Under the pieces are notes generated by a model. That model was not told the DNA's origin, searched no databases, and saw only the letters and a list, made by a program, of their open reading frames with translations. A stretch of 64,000 bases of DNA from an uncultured SAR116 cluster alpha proteobacterium. GTDB taxonomy: Bacteria; Pseudomonadota; Alphaproteobacteria; Puniceispirillales; Marisalimonadaceae. The stretch spans positions 6,289 through 70,288 of the forward strand of contig CACNRW010000011.1 in NCBI GenBank assembly GCA_902622875.1, in the 5' to 3' direction. Position numbers and translations under genes: made by a program. Position 1 is the stretch's first letter. Every line of letters starts with the position of its first letter. Below are positions 49,488 to 58,215 of this stretch, in pieces.

Positions 49488-50282
49488 ATGCAGAATGTTT
49501 CAATAGAAAATGGTAATTTTTTAAATGTTAAAATAGATGGTGATAAAAATTTACCAAAAGTAATCCTATCGAATTCTTTAGGAGCTGATACTCGCATGTG
49601 GGATCTTCAGGTTGAGGAACTAAAAAATAAATTTTGTGTAATACGTTACGATAAAAGAGGTCATGGTAAAAGTAGCCCTGTTGAAGGACCATATTCTTTT
49701 GAAATGCTTGAAGGTGATGTAATTACAATTTTGGATGAACTTGAAATTGAGAAAGCTCATTTTGTAGGACTTTCAATTGGTGGAATGACATCGTTAGGCT
49801 TAGCTTTAAAACAACAAAATAGATTTAATAAAATTATTTGCTGTGCGGCAAGAGCTGACATGCCACCCCCAATGAAAGAAACTTGGGATCAAAGAATTAG
49901 CGTAGTTAATGACAAAGGTACTAGTGGAGTAGTTGATGGCTCCATTGAGAGATGGTACAGCGAAGATTTTAATAATAATTCTGCTAACGATGAGATGATC
50001 AATATGTCTAAAAATATGATAAGTAACACTTCTACAAATGGTTACGTTGGTTGTTGTGAGGCTATAAAAACACTTGATTATTTAAAAGACTTATCAACTA
50101 TAAATAAAGAAATTTTATATATATCAGGTGAGAATGATATGGGAGCTCCAGCTATGGCTATGGAAGAAATGTCTCATCTAACTCCAAATAGTCAATATAT
50201 TTGCATTCCTGGCGCAGCTCATATTCTCAATATAGAAGCACCAGATTTAGTAAATGAAGCTATTCTCAATTTTTTAAATTAA
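49488..50282 (+). CDS. Alpha/beta hydrolase, 3-oxoadipate enol-lactonase (PcaD)-like
   Basis: LSNSLGAD..MWD, RYDKRGHG, GLSIGG, AAHILNIE. Confidence 0.85.
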   Translation: MQNVSIENGNFLNVKIDGDKNLPKVILSNSLGADTRMWDLQVEELKNKFCVIRYDKRGHGKSSPVEGPYSFEMLEGDVITILDELEIEKAHFVGLSIGGMTSLGLALKQQNRFNKIICCAARADMPPPMKETWDQRISVVNDKGTSGVVDGSIERWYSEDFNNNSANDEMINMSKNMISNTSTNGYVGCCEAIKTLDYLKDLSTINKEILYISGENDMGAPAMAMEEMSHLTPNSQYICIPGAAHILNIEAPDLVNEAILNFLN

Positions 50283-50299
50283 TTAAGAAAGGAAATATA

Positions 50300-50716
50300 A
50301 TGGCATTGAAGACATTTGAACATGTTTTGATACTTGCAGATGACGTTGACAAAACGAAAGATTTCTATGTAGATATTTTAGGTTTAGAAGTTGGATACAG
50401 ACCTGACTTTCCTTTTAAAGGGTATTGGCTTTATCTAAAAGAAAATAAAAAAGCAGCTTGCATCCACTTAGCAATGAGAAAACAGGATACTGGTCAAGAC
50501 TATTACATAGGTAAAAAAGATGATGTTAAGTCTGGTTCTGGTGCAATTGATCATGTAGCTTTTAATGCTGACGATATTGAAGGAATGAAGTCTAAATTAG
50601 ACAAGATTTCTATGGAATATACACATAGAAAAGTTCCTGGGTTTCCACTTGAACAGTTGTTTATAGATGATCCTGATGGTGTTAAAGTTGAGTTAAATTA
50701 CGCCACATCTGATTAA
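50300..50716 (+). CDS. VOC/glyoxalase family protein
   Basis: FEHVLI, FYVDILGL, RPDFPFKGYWL, IDHVAF, DPDGVKVELN. Confidence 0.9.
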   Translation: MALKTFEHVLILADDVDKTKDFYVDILGLEVGYRPDFPFKGYWLYLKENKKAACIHLAMRKQDTGQDYYIGKKDDVKSGSGAIDHVAFNADDIEGMKSKLDKISMEYTHRKVPGFPLEQLFIDDPDGVKVELNYATSD

Positions 50717-50739
50717 AAAATTATTTAAGGGAGAATTAA

Positions 50740-51708
50740 ATGCCTCATAAGTATGATGAAAAAATGTTTGATATTAAACATTTAAGAAAAACAGCTGAAA
50801 AACTTAAGAATTGGGGACGCTGGGGGCCAGATGATGAAATTGGAACTTTAAACTTTATAACTCCTGAAAAAGTTGTAGACGCCAGCAAGCTTATAAAAAA
50901 GGGAAAGCGTTTTAGTTTAGGATTAAATTTTGACAGACATGGTCCTCAAAAAGGAAGCTGGGGTAACAGATTTAATCCAATTCACTTAATGCTTGCTACA
51001 GGTACAGATGCAGTTACAGGTAGATTTGATGACTTTGGATTGAGATATGCTGATGATATGGTCTCTTTACCACTTCAATGTGCAACTCAATGGGATGCGT
51101 TGGCTCATATTTTTTATGATGATTATATGTGGAATGGATATGATGCAAAATTAGTCGACAGTGATGGTGCCCAAAAGAATGGCATAGAAAAAGTTCGAGC
51201 TGAGATGGCTGGAAGAGGTGTATTGTTAGATGTTGCACGATGGGCAGGAGTAGATTTTTTTGAAGATGGGATTGCTATTACTTCAGACGATTTGGATGAG
51301 TGTGCCAAATCTCAAAATGTTGAAATAAAACAAGGTGACTTTGTTATTGTGAGAACTGGTCAGATGGAACAAAGATTAGATTGTGGTGAATGGGGAGGAT
51401 ATGCTGGAGGCGATGCTCCAGGATTAGCATTTGACACTGCAGAATGGATTTATGATAAAGAAATAGCAGCCATTTGTACTGACACATGGGGCTGTGAAGT
51501 TAGACCAAATGAGACTAAAGATGCCCAGCAACCATGGCATTGGGTTGTAATTCCTATGATTGGTATAACTATGGGTGAAATATTTTATTTAAGAGATTTA
51601 GCTGCAGATTGTAGTAATGATAAGGTCTTTGAATTCTTTTTCTGTGCGCCTCCACTGCCAATCACTAAAGCTGTTGGATCACCAATAAACCCTATGGCAA
51701 TAAAATAA
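50740..51708 (+). CDS. Cyclase family protein (long subtype)
   Basis: NWGRWGPDDEIGTLN, QCATQWDALAH, GRGVLLD, VGSPINPMAIK. Confidence 0.9.
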   Translation: MPHKYDEKMFDIKHLRKTAEKLKNWGRWGPDDEIGTLNFITPEKVVDASKLIKKGKRFSLGLNFDRHGPQKGSWGNRFNPIHLMLATGTDAVTGRFDDFGLRYADDMVSLPLQCATQWDALAHIFYDDYMWNGYDAKLVDSDGAQKNGIEKVRAEMAGRGVLLDVARWAGVDFFEDGIAITSDDLDECAKSQNVEIKQGDFVIVRTGQMEQRLDCGEWGGYAGGDAPGLAFDTAEWIYDKEIAAICTDTWGCEVRPNETKDAQQPWHWVVIPMIGITMGEIFYLRDLAADCSNDKVFEFFFCAPPLPITKAVGSPINPMAIK

Positions 51709-51715
51709 ACCAAGC

Positions 51716-52915
51716 ATGACCCATTCTGCTACAATAATTGGCGGCTCTATGGCTGGATTGTTTGCTGGTAATGCTTTACGTAAAAAAGGGTGGGATATTT
51801 CTATTCATGAAAAGGTCTCTGTTCCATTATCAGGGCGAGGAGCTGGAATAGCTACATATGACGAGTTAGCTGACTTAGTATTTAAATCTACTGGTAATAA
51901 TAATGTTTTGGGTACTAGTGCAAAGTCAAGAATTTCATTGGACCAAAAAGGTAAAATTATAGCTAGTTACGACTACCCACAAGTCTATACAAGTTGGCAA
52001 TATTTATTTTCTATACTCAGAGAAAAAATTGATAATAAAAATTATTTTATGGGTGACGACTGTACTGAGATTCATCATGGAAAAGAAAAAGTAACTGCAG
52101 TTTTTAATAATAAAAAAGAAAAACAGTCTGATTTAATAATAATTGCTAATGGGATTAAGTCAGAACTCAGACACTATGTTGATAGCACAGCTTCTCCTCA
52201 GTATGCGGGATATGTTGGATGGCGAGGCGTAGTATATGAAGATCAACTATCTAAAAAGTCTTTAGAAATGCTTTCCAACTATTTTATTGTAGTTTTACCT
52301 AATAACCAGCAAATTGCAGCTTACCCTATTGCAGGAGAAGGCAAAGATCCGTTCAAGATAGGGAATAGAAGAATTAATTGGATATGGTACAAACCTGCAA
52401 ATACAAAAAAATTAGATACCTTATTGTTAGGTAAATCTGGTCAACAATTTGTAGATGGTATTCCTCCAAATGAAATACGTGATGAGATAGTCCAAGATTT
52501 GTTTAAGGAAGCCGAAAACAAACTTCCACCTCAATTAACCGAATTAGTATTAAAAACTTCAAAGCCCTTAATTCAGCCAATTTTTGATCTTGAAAGCGAT
52601 AAAATGTTAAACAAAAGAGTAATTACTATTGGTGACGCAGCATTTACAGCAAGGCCACATATTGGTATGGGTGTAACAAAAGCAGCTTTAGACGCTTTTA
52701 CTTTGTCTGATTATCTTCAAAATAATTTTTATTTAGATGAATTAATTAAATGGGAAACATCAAGGGTTGAAAGTGGGAAGTTTCTTGTAAATAGAAGTAG
52801 GTTGTTGGGCCGATATCTATCAGAACCAAAAAAAAATGAAATCTTAGTAATGCCTGATGTAACAGATGTACTAAAAGACACTGCAATAAGCTTAAATGAT
52901 ATAAAGACAAATTGA
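51716..52915 (+). CDS. FAD-dependent monooxygenase, 2,6-dihydroxypyridine 3-hydroxylase (DhpH)-like
   Basis: IIGGSMAGL, RGAGI, YAGYVGWRG, RINWIWY, GDAAFTARPH.GMG. Confidence 0.85.
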   Translation: MTHSATIIGGSMAGLFAGNALRKKGWDISIHEKVSVPLSGRGAGIATYDELADLVFKSTGNNNVLGTSAKSRISLDQKGKIIASYDYPQVYTSWQYLFSILREKIDNKNYFMGDDCTEIHHGKEKVTAVFNNKKEKQSDLIIIANGIKSELRHYVDSTASPQYAGYVGWRGVVYEDQLSKKSLEMLSNYFIVVLPNNQQIAAYPIAGEGKDPFKIGNRRINWIWYKPANTKKLDTLLLGKSGQQFVDGIPPNEIRDEIVQDLFKEAENKLPPQLTELVLKTSKPLIQPIFDLESDKMLNKRVITIGDAAFTARPHIGMGVTKAALDAFTLSDYLQNNFYLDELIKWETSRVESGKFLVNRSRLLGRYLSEPKKNEILVMPDVTDVLKDTAISLNDIKTN

Positions 52916-52979
52916 ACCTGACAAATAATATAAGTATGAAATTATTAAATTAATAAATGCCTTTAAATATATGTTTTTA

Positions 52980-55373
52980 TTATATTTTTCCTAAGGCTCT
53001 CAATATTTTTTCTGGGGTAATTGGCTGAGATAAAACCTCAGTTCCATGATGTTTTAAGGCATTGTTAACAGCGTTCATTATAACTGCGGGAGCACCTCCA
53101 GTACCTGCCTCTCCTGCACCCTTAGCTCCAATAATACTTCTTCCAGAATTAGTTGTTACATGATCAACGATGATATCAGGCATTTCGTATGCCATAGGGA
53201 CTAAATAATCAGCCATAGTTGCATTTTGCATATTACCCTGGTCATCATAAACACACTCTTCAAAAAGAGCACCACCTATTCCTTGAATAACACCTCCTCT
53301 AATTTGTTCTTCAACTAACTTTGGATTAATTTGTGTACCACAGTCTTCAACAGCCCAAAATTTATCTATTTTTATAATGCCAGTGTCTTGATCAATAGAA
53401 ACTTTACAACCCATGGCACTGTTAGTGAAAACAAAAGGAATTCCCTCTATAAGAAAACTGGCAGTAGCTAAAAGTTCAGGGTTAGTTCCTTTAGGAAGTT
53501 CATGCCCTCTATAATATACTGTCTCAGCTAATTGTTGAAGAGTTATGCCTTCACCACCATTTTTTCTAATCACAGTATTATTTTCAACGTCCAATGAATT
53601 TTTATCAGTTTGCATAATTGCAGCTGCAATATCTAATATATTGTCTTTAAGAATTCTTGCTGCCTTTAAAACTGCCTCACCGCCAATTCCTGCTCCTCTT
53701 GATGCCCATGTGCCACCACCATAGGGAGTTGCATCAGTATCACCTAAAGTAACCCTTACAGAGTCCATGGAAACGCCTAGTTGATCTGCAGCTATTTGTT
53801 TCATAATGGCCTCGGTGCCCTGCCCTTGCTCTGTAATAGATGAAGACAGATGAATTGCACCAGAACCTTCCAGTCTGATTGATGCCCCATCTTGAGAGGA
53901 TATATGAGCACCTCCAACACCATAAAATAAAGGACTAGGGTTAGTAACTTCACACATACTAATTACACCGTAACCACAGAGTACATTTTTATCTAAGTTT
54001 GCTATCTTTTCTTTTTCTATGTCCTGGATATTCATCATAGTTAGTAATTTATCCATCGAAGCTTCATGCGATAAATCTTCTAAAGGTACTCCTGAAGGGG
54101 TTTTATTTGGATATGCATTATCAGGAATAAAATTTTTCTTTCTTATTTCAGAAAGACCAATATCAATTTTATTTGCAGCCTTGTCTATCAAAGCTTCTGT
54201 GATAGCGACTGCAATAGGGTGACCAACTGCTCTATATTGACACATTGGCGTTTTATTTTGAAAAACAACTGTCCCTACTGCTTTATAATTTGGGATAACA
54301 TACGGAGCACCCGATAAATTCAAAACTTGATTTGTTTCAATAGCAGACGTTCTTGGATACATGCTAAATGGACCTATACCACTCAAGTCATTTATTTCCA
54401 TCGCTAAGATTTTACCTTCTTTATCAACTCCTAACTTTCCACTTATTTTATGACAACGTGCATGAATGTCAGTTGTAAAACTCTCTAATCTATCGGCAAT
54501 AAACTTTATCGGACGTCCTAGCTTCTTAGAAATTGCAGCAACAGCCATTTCATCAGGATAAACGTGCACTTTAATACCAAAAGATCCACCAACATCTCTA
54601 CTAACTATTCTGACTAAACCTTCATTTACTTCTAAATGTTTAGCTATAATATGCTGCATCATATGGGGAGCTTGACCATTATGGTAGATAGTTATCTTTC
54701 CTTCTGATTTATTCCAGTCAGCTACAATTCCTCTGGATTCTAGTGTGACACCGGTATGCCTGGCAAAATCAAGTGTTGTTTGTACTACTGCATGAGATGT
54801 TTCAAAAGCCTGATTTACGTCACCTTGATTAACAGTCCTTGTCCAAAAAAGATTGCTGCCCAATTCAGGATGAATAACTACTGCATTATCATCTAAAGCA
54901 GTTTCCATATCTACTTGGGCATCTTTTTCTTCCCAATCAACTTCAATTAGTTCCAATGCGTCTTCTGCCTGTGCCCTATTATTTGCAATTACAACTGCAA
55001 TAGGTTCGCCTTGCCACCTAGCAATTTTCTTCGCTAACGGTGTCTGTTCAGGAGATCTCATTTCACCTAAATGACCTAATGTACCTACCCAGGGTGTACA
55101 ATATTCATCTATTTCTTTGGCTGTATAAACATCAAATACACCAGGTGATTTTTTTGCTTCTTCAACATTTATTGACTTAATTTCAGCGTGAGCAAACGGA
55201 GACCTTAAAAATGCAACATGTAGCATTCTAGGCAAAACTAAATCATCGACAAATTGTCCACCACCTTCCAAGTGTTTTTTGGCATTTTCTCTTGGTAAAC
55301 TCCTTCCTATATAGGAATTTGGTCTATCCATAGATCCTAATTTTGGATTTTGATTTACTTTAATATCGTCCAT
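52980..55373 (-). CDS. Xanthine dehydrogenase family molybdopterin large subunit (CoxL-like fold, not CO dehydrogenase)
   Basis: VGGSFGIK, active-site loop QYRAVG, GGGTWASRG, KGAGE. Confidence 0.92.
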   Translation of the reverse strand: MDDIKVNQNPKLGSMDRPNSYIGRSLPRENAKKHLEGGGQFVDDLVLPRMLHVAFLRSPFAHAEIKSINVEEAKKSPGVFDVYTAKEIDEYCTPWVGTLGHLGEMRSPEQTPLAKKIARWQGEPIAVVIANNRAQAEDALELIEVDWEEKDAQVDMETALDDNAVVIHPELGSNLFWTRTVNQGDVNQAFETSHAVVQTTLDFARHTGVTLESRGIVADWNKSEGKITIYHNGQAPHMMQHIIAKHLEVNEGLVRIVSRDVGGSFGIKVHVYPDEMAVAAISKKLGRPIKFIADRLESFTTDIHARCHKISGKLGVDKEGKILAMEINDLSGIGPFSMYPRTSAIETNQVLNLSGAPYVIPNYKAVGTVVFQNKTPMCQYRAVGHPIAVAITEALIDKAANKIDIGLSEIRKKNFIPDNAYPNKTPSGVPLEDLSHEASMDKLLTMMNIQDIEKEKIANLDKNVLCGYGVISMCEVTNPSPLFYGVGGAHISSQDGASIRLEGSGAIHLSSSITEQGQGTEAIMKQIAADQLGVSMDSVRVTLGDTDATPYGGGTWASRGAGIGGEAVLKAARILKDNILDIAAAIMQTDKNSLDVENNTVIRKNGGEGITLQQLAETVYYRGHELPKGTNPELLATASFLIEGIPFVFTNSAMGCKVSIDQDTGIIKIDKFWAVEDCGTQINPKLVEEQIRGGVIQGIGGALFEECVYDDQGNMQNATMADYLVPMAYEMPDIIVDHVTTNSGRSIIGAKGAGEAGTGGAPAVIMNAVNNALKHHGTEVLSQPITPEKILRALGKI

Positions 55374-55383
55374 AATTCACACC

Positions 55384-55860
55384 TTAATTAATTTCGTTAA
55401 TAGTTTCTTCAATTGCATCTACAATTGACTGGTAACCAGTACATCTACAATAATTCCCAGAGATTTCTGATCTTATTTCATCTCTGCTTAATTTTTTCTT
55501 AGAAGAAATTATTTCTTTAGTTGTCATAAGCATTCCTGGAGAACAAAAACCACACTGGAAAGCATTGTGTTTCAAAAAATTATTTTTAACTTTTTGCATA
55601 ACTTCGTCATCAAAACCCTCTACAGTAGTTATAGACGAGCCATTAGCTTGTGATGCAAGGACAAGACATGACCTGACTGCCACACCATCCATTTCAATCG
55701 TACATGCCCCACATGCACCTTGCTCACATCCTAAATGTGTTCCAGTTAAACCTTGGGACCTTAAATAATCAGCTAAATGTTGCCTTGTTGGAACGGTTAC
55801 ATCGTCAAAATTCTCTCCATTTACAGAAAAAGATATGTTTACTGAATTTTTAGCCGACAT
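55384..55860 (-). CDS. [2Fe-2S] small subunit (CoxS-like)
   Basis: GCEQGACGAC, QCGFC, CRCTGY. Confidence 0.95.
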   Translation of the reverse strand: MSAKNSVNISFSVNGENFDDVTVPTRQHLADYLRSQGLTGTHLGCEQGACGACTIEMDGVAVRSCLVLASQANGSSITTVEGFDDEVMQKVKNNFLKHNAFQCGFCSPGMLMTTKEIISSKKKLSRDEIRSEISGNYCRCTGYQSIVDAIEETINEIN

Positions 55861-56703
55861 TTATCTCTCCAATTTATTTAAAATCTTATTAATAAGTATT
55901 GTTGCCAAATGTAACTTCATTTCTGAACTGCTATTCAAGTCACCTGCAAAATCTATTTCAGAAGCCAAAGATTTTTTTAATTTTTCATAGTCATATCCGT
56001 CATCTATCACTAACTTTGCTGTGTTTTGTCCAACATTTGGTTTATCACCTGTTGCAAAGTAAACGAGATCAAGATTATTGATTTTAGATTGATCAAGTTC
56101 AACTTTTGCCATTAAACCTGCCATAGCATAGTCACCATGACGTCGACAGACTTCATCAAAAATAAGATGTTGGTTAACGTCTAAAAGAGGATAACGAATA
56201 GCTATAAGAATTTCATCTGACTTTAAGTCAGTTTCAAAAAGTCCAAGGTAAAAGTCTTTTGCGTTGACAATTCTTTGACCTGACAATCCTGATAGTACTA
56301 TTTCTGCATTCATTGCGACGGCAAATGCTGGCAGTTCAGCTGCAGGGTCTCCGTAAGCTATACTTCCTCCATGGGTGCCTTTGTTTCTTATAGCTGCATG
56401 AGCAACCATTTTTAAAATATCAACTAGACACGGAAGTTTTTCATGAACTAGATCATTGTTCATTACATCTGAATGTGTTGCTAAGGCTCCAATATTTATG
56501 AAATCACCTTCAATTTTAATTTCGTTTAGATTATTAATTTTAGAAATATCAATTAAACAACTTGGACTAGAAAGTCTCATATTTAAAGCTGGGAGAAGTG
56601 ACTGTCCACCAGCAAGTATGACTGCCTCATCATCTTCAGACTTGTATTTTATGGCATCTTCAATATTTTGTGCTTCAAAATAAGAAAAATCTGGTGCCTT
56701 CAT
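55861..56703 (-). CDS. FAD-binding medium subunit (CoxM-like)
   Basis: MKAPDF, LAGGQSL, IRNKGTHGGS, RRHGDYA; ATG 56703 has a GGGGG RBS (ORF track starts at 56718). Confidence 0.93.
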   Translation of the reverse strand: MKAPDFSYFEAQNIEDAIKYKSEDDEAVILAGGQSLLPALNMRLSSPSCLIDISKINNLNEIKIEGDFINIGALATHSDVMNNDLVHEKLPCLVDILKMVAHAAIRNKGTHGGSIAYGDPAAELPAFAVAMNAEIVLSGLSGQRIVNAKDFYLGLFETDLKSDEILIAIRYPLLDVNQHLIFDEVCRRHGDYAMAGLMAKVELDQSKINNLDLVYFATGDKPNVGQNTAKLVIDDGYDYEKLKKSLASEIDFAGDLNSSSEMKLHLATILINKILNKLER

Positions 56704-56776
56704 TTCTATTACCCCCATTAGAAAACAATATATAAATATTTAATCATTAATCATTAATGGTATCAATAATTATTAA

Positions 56777-56817
56777 ATCATATTTAATGATTTTACATAT
56801 TTTAATTTATCATTTCA
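56777..56817 (+). promoter_or_regulatory. Candidate LysR site H in the coxM/osmC divergent promoter
   Basis: ATCATATTTAATGAT (56777-56791), 17-nt gap, ATCATTTCA (56809-56817); TTTCAA-N17-TATTGT promoter-like spacing. Confidence 0.65.
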
Positions 56818-56873
56818 AATTAACACTTAATGTTTTATTGTTTGACTGTTCAATGAATTTCCGGGGGTATAAA

Positions 56874-57323
56874 ATGAGTGATAATGTAGTTCATATGAAA
56901 TTAGATGGTTCTTCAAAAAGCCATTCCAGGGCTGATATAATTACAAGAGATGTTGAAAGTGTTATTGACGAACCCATTGCCAGAGGTGGCACTAACTTAG
57001 GCTTATCTCCAACTGAAACTCTTGTATCATCTTTACTTGGTTGTACAAACGTTATTACCCACAGAATAATGGACAAAATGGGTTTTACGATTAATAGCTT
57101 AGACATCAAATCTAAAACGCTTTTTAATAAAGACGGTGCTAGTTTAGTACAAGAAGTTGATATACCATTTCCTGAAATCACTTTAGATATAGACATTTCA
57201 ACAGATGCTTCAGAAGATGATTTAATTGAAGTAAAAAAACAATTAGCTATGTACTGCCCTATTGGAAAAGTAATTAGAAATAGTGGTACAGTTATTAATG
57301 AAAATTGGAATAAAATTAACTAG
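56874..57323 (+). CDS. OsmC family protein
   Basis: IDEPIARGGTNLGLSPTE, LGC, YCPI; ATG 56874 after GGGGG (the ORF-track 5' extension covers the promoter). Confidence 0.88.
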   Translation: MSDNVVHMKLDGSSKSHSRADIITRDVESVIDEPIARGGTNLGLSPTETLVSSLLGCTNVITHRIMDKMGFTINSLDIKSKTLFNKDGASLVQEVDIPFPEITLDIDISTDASEDDLIEVKKQLAMYCPIGKVIRNSGTVINENWNKIN

Positions 57324-57332
57324 AGTAAGTTA

Positions 57333-58214
57333 ATGAACAGACGAGATAGATTACATCATCAACCTATAATAAACAGGCCTAAATTATTTTTAAAAAATAA
57401 TAAAAAGATAATTTTGTGGGTTATTGTTAATCTTGAAGTTTGGGATCCAGACTTACCCCAACCTAGAAATATATTACCTCCTCCTATGAATGTCCCAATG
57501 TTACCCGACTTGCCTAATTGGTCATGGCATGAATATGGAATGAGAGTGGGGTTTTGGAGAATGTTTAAAGCTCTTAAGGATAGAGGTATCCCTTCAACTT
57601 TAGCCTTAAACGGAACTGTAGTAGATCATTATCCTGAAACAGTTGAAGCAGCAATGAAGGAAAATTGGGAACCTATGGGTCATGGATATATTCAGAGGCC
57701 AATGCACAAGGTAGAAAATCAATTTGTAGACATAAAGTCAGCTATTAAAAAAATTGAGGACTTTACTAAGCAAGTCGTTATTGGCTGGGAAAGTCCAGGA
57801 CTAACTGAAACTAATGATACATTAGATATCTTATCTGATAATGGTATTAAATATACGGCAAATTGGCCTGTAGATGACTTGCCACAAGACTTAAAGGTTA
57901 AAAGTGGTAATAGGATGATAACACTACCCTATCCAATTGAAATTAATGATGTGGTTATGACTTCTGTCCAGGTTCATAAATCTGATGAGATTTTTACAAG
58001 AGGAAAATTACAATTTGATAGACTGTATAAGGAAACAGAAGAAAATATTAAGATTATGGCTATAAGTGTTCATCCTTATCTAACAGGAGTTCCTCATAGA
58101 ATTGGTTTTTTTGAGAAGTTATTAGATTACGTCTTAGAACGTGATAATGTTGAAATAATGACAGGTAAAGATATTTACAATTGGTATACTGAGCAGGTTC
58201 CAGAGAATTCTTAA
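57333..58214 (+). CDS. Polysaccharide deacetylase family, PuuE/allantoinase-like cyclic amide hydrolase
   Basis: VNLE, WHEYGMRVGFWR, GHG, GWESPG, DDLP, SVHPY. Confidence 0.87.
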   Translation: MNRRDRLHHQPIINRPKLFLKNNKKIILWVIVNLEVWDPDLPQPRNILPPPMNVPMLPDLPNWSWHEYGMRVGFWRMFKALKDRGIPSTLALNGTVVDHYPETVEAAMKENWEPMGHGYIQRPMHKVENQFVDIKSAIKKIEDFTKQVVIGWESPGLTETNDTLDILSDNGIKYTANWPVDDLPQDLKVKSGNRMITLPYPIEINDVVMTSVQVHKSDEIFTRGKLQFDRLYKETEENIKIMAISVHPYLTGVPHRIGFFEKLLDYVLERDNVEIMTGKDIYNWYTEQVPENS

Positions 58215-58215
58215 A

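Noticed and set aside
49488-50282. Beta-ketoadipate (pca) pathway
   Set aside because: No pcaGH/B/C/IJ/F in the window; the PcaD-like fold is widely reused
52980-56703. Aerobic CO dehydrogenase
   Set aside because: Active-site loop QYRAVG lacks the Cu-binding Cys and no coxDEFG accessory genes are present
56757-56873. ORF-track N-terminal extension of osmC (similarly 48340-48381, 34599-34637, 25314-25352)
   Set aside because: Low-complexity extensions over promoter DNA; downstream ATGs have better RBSs and match family starts
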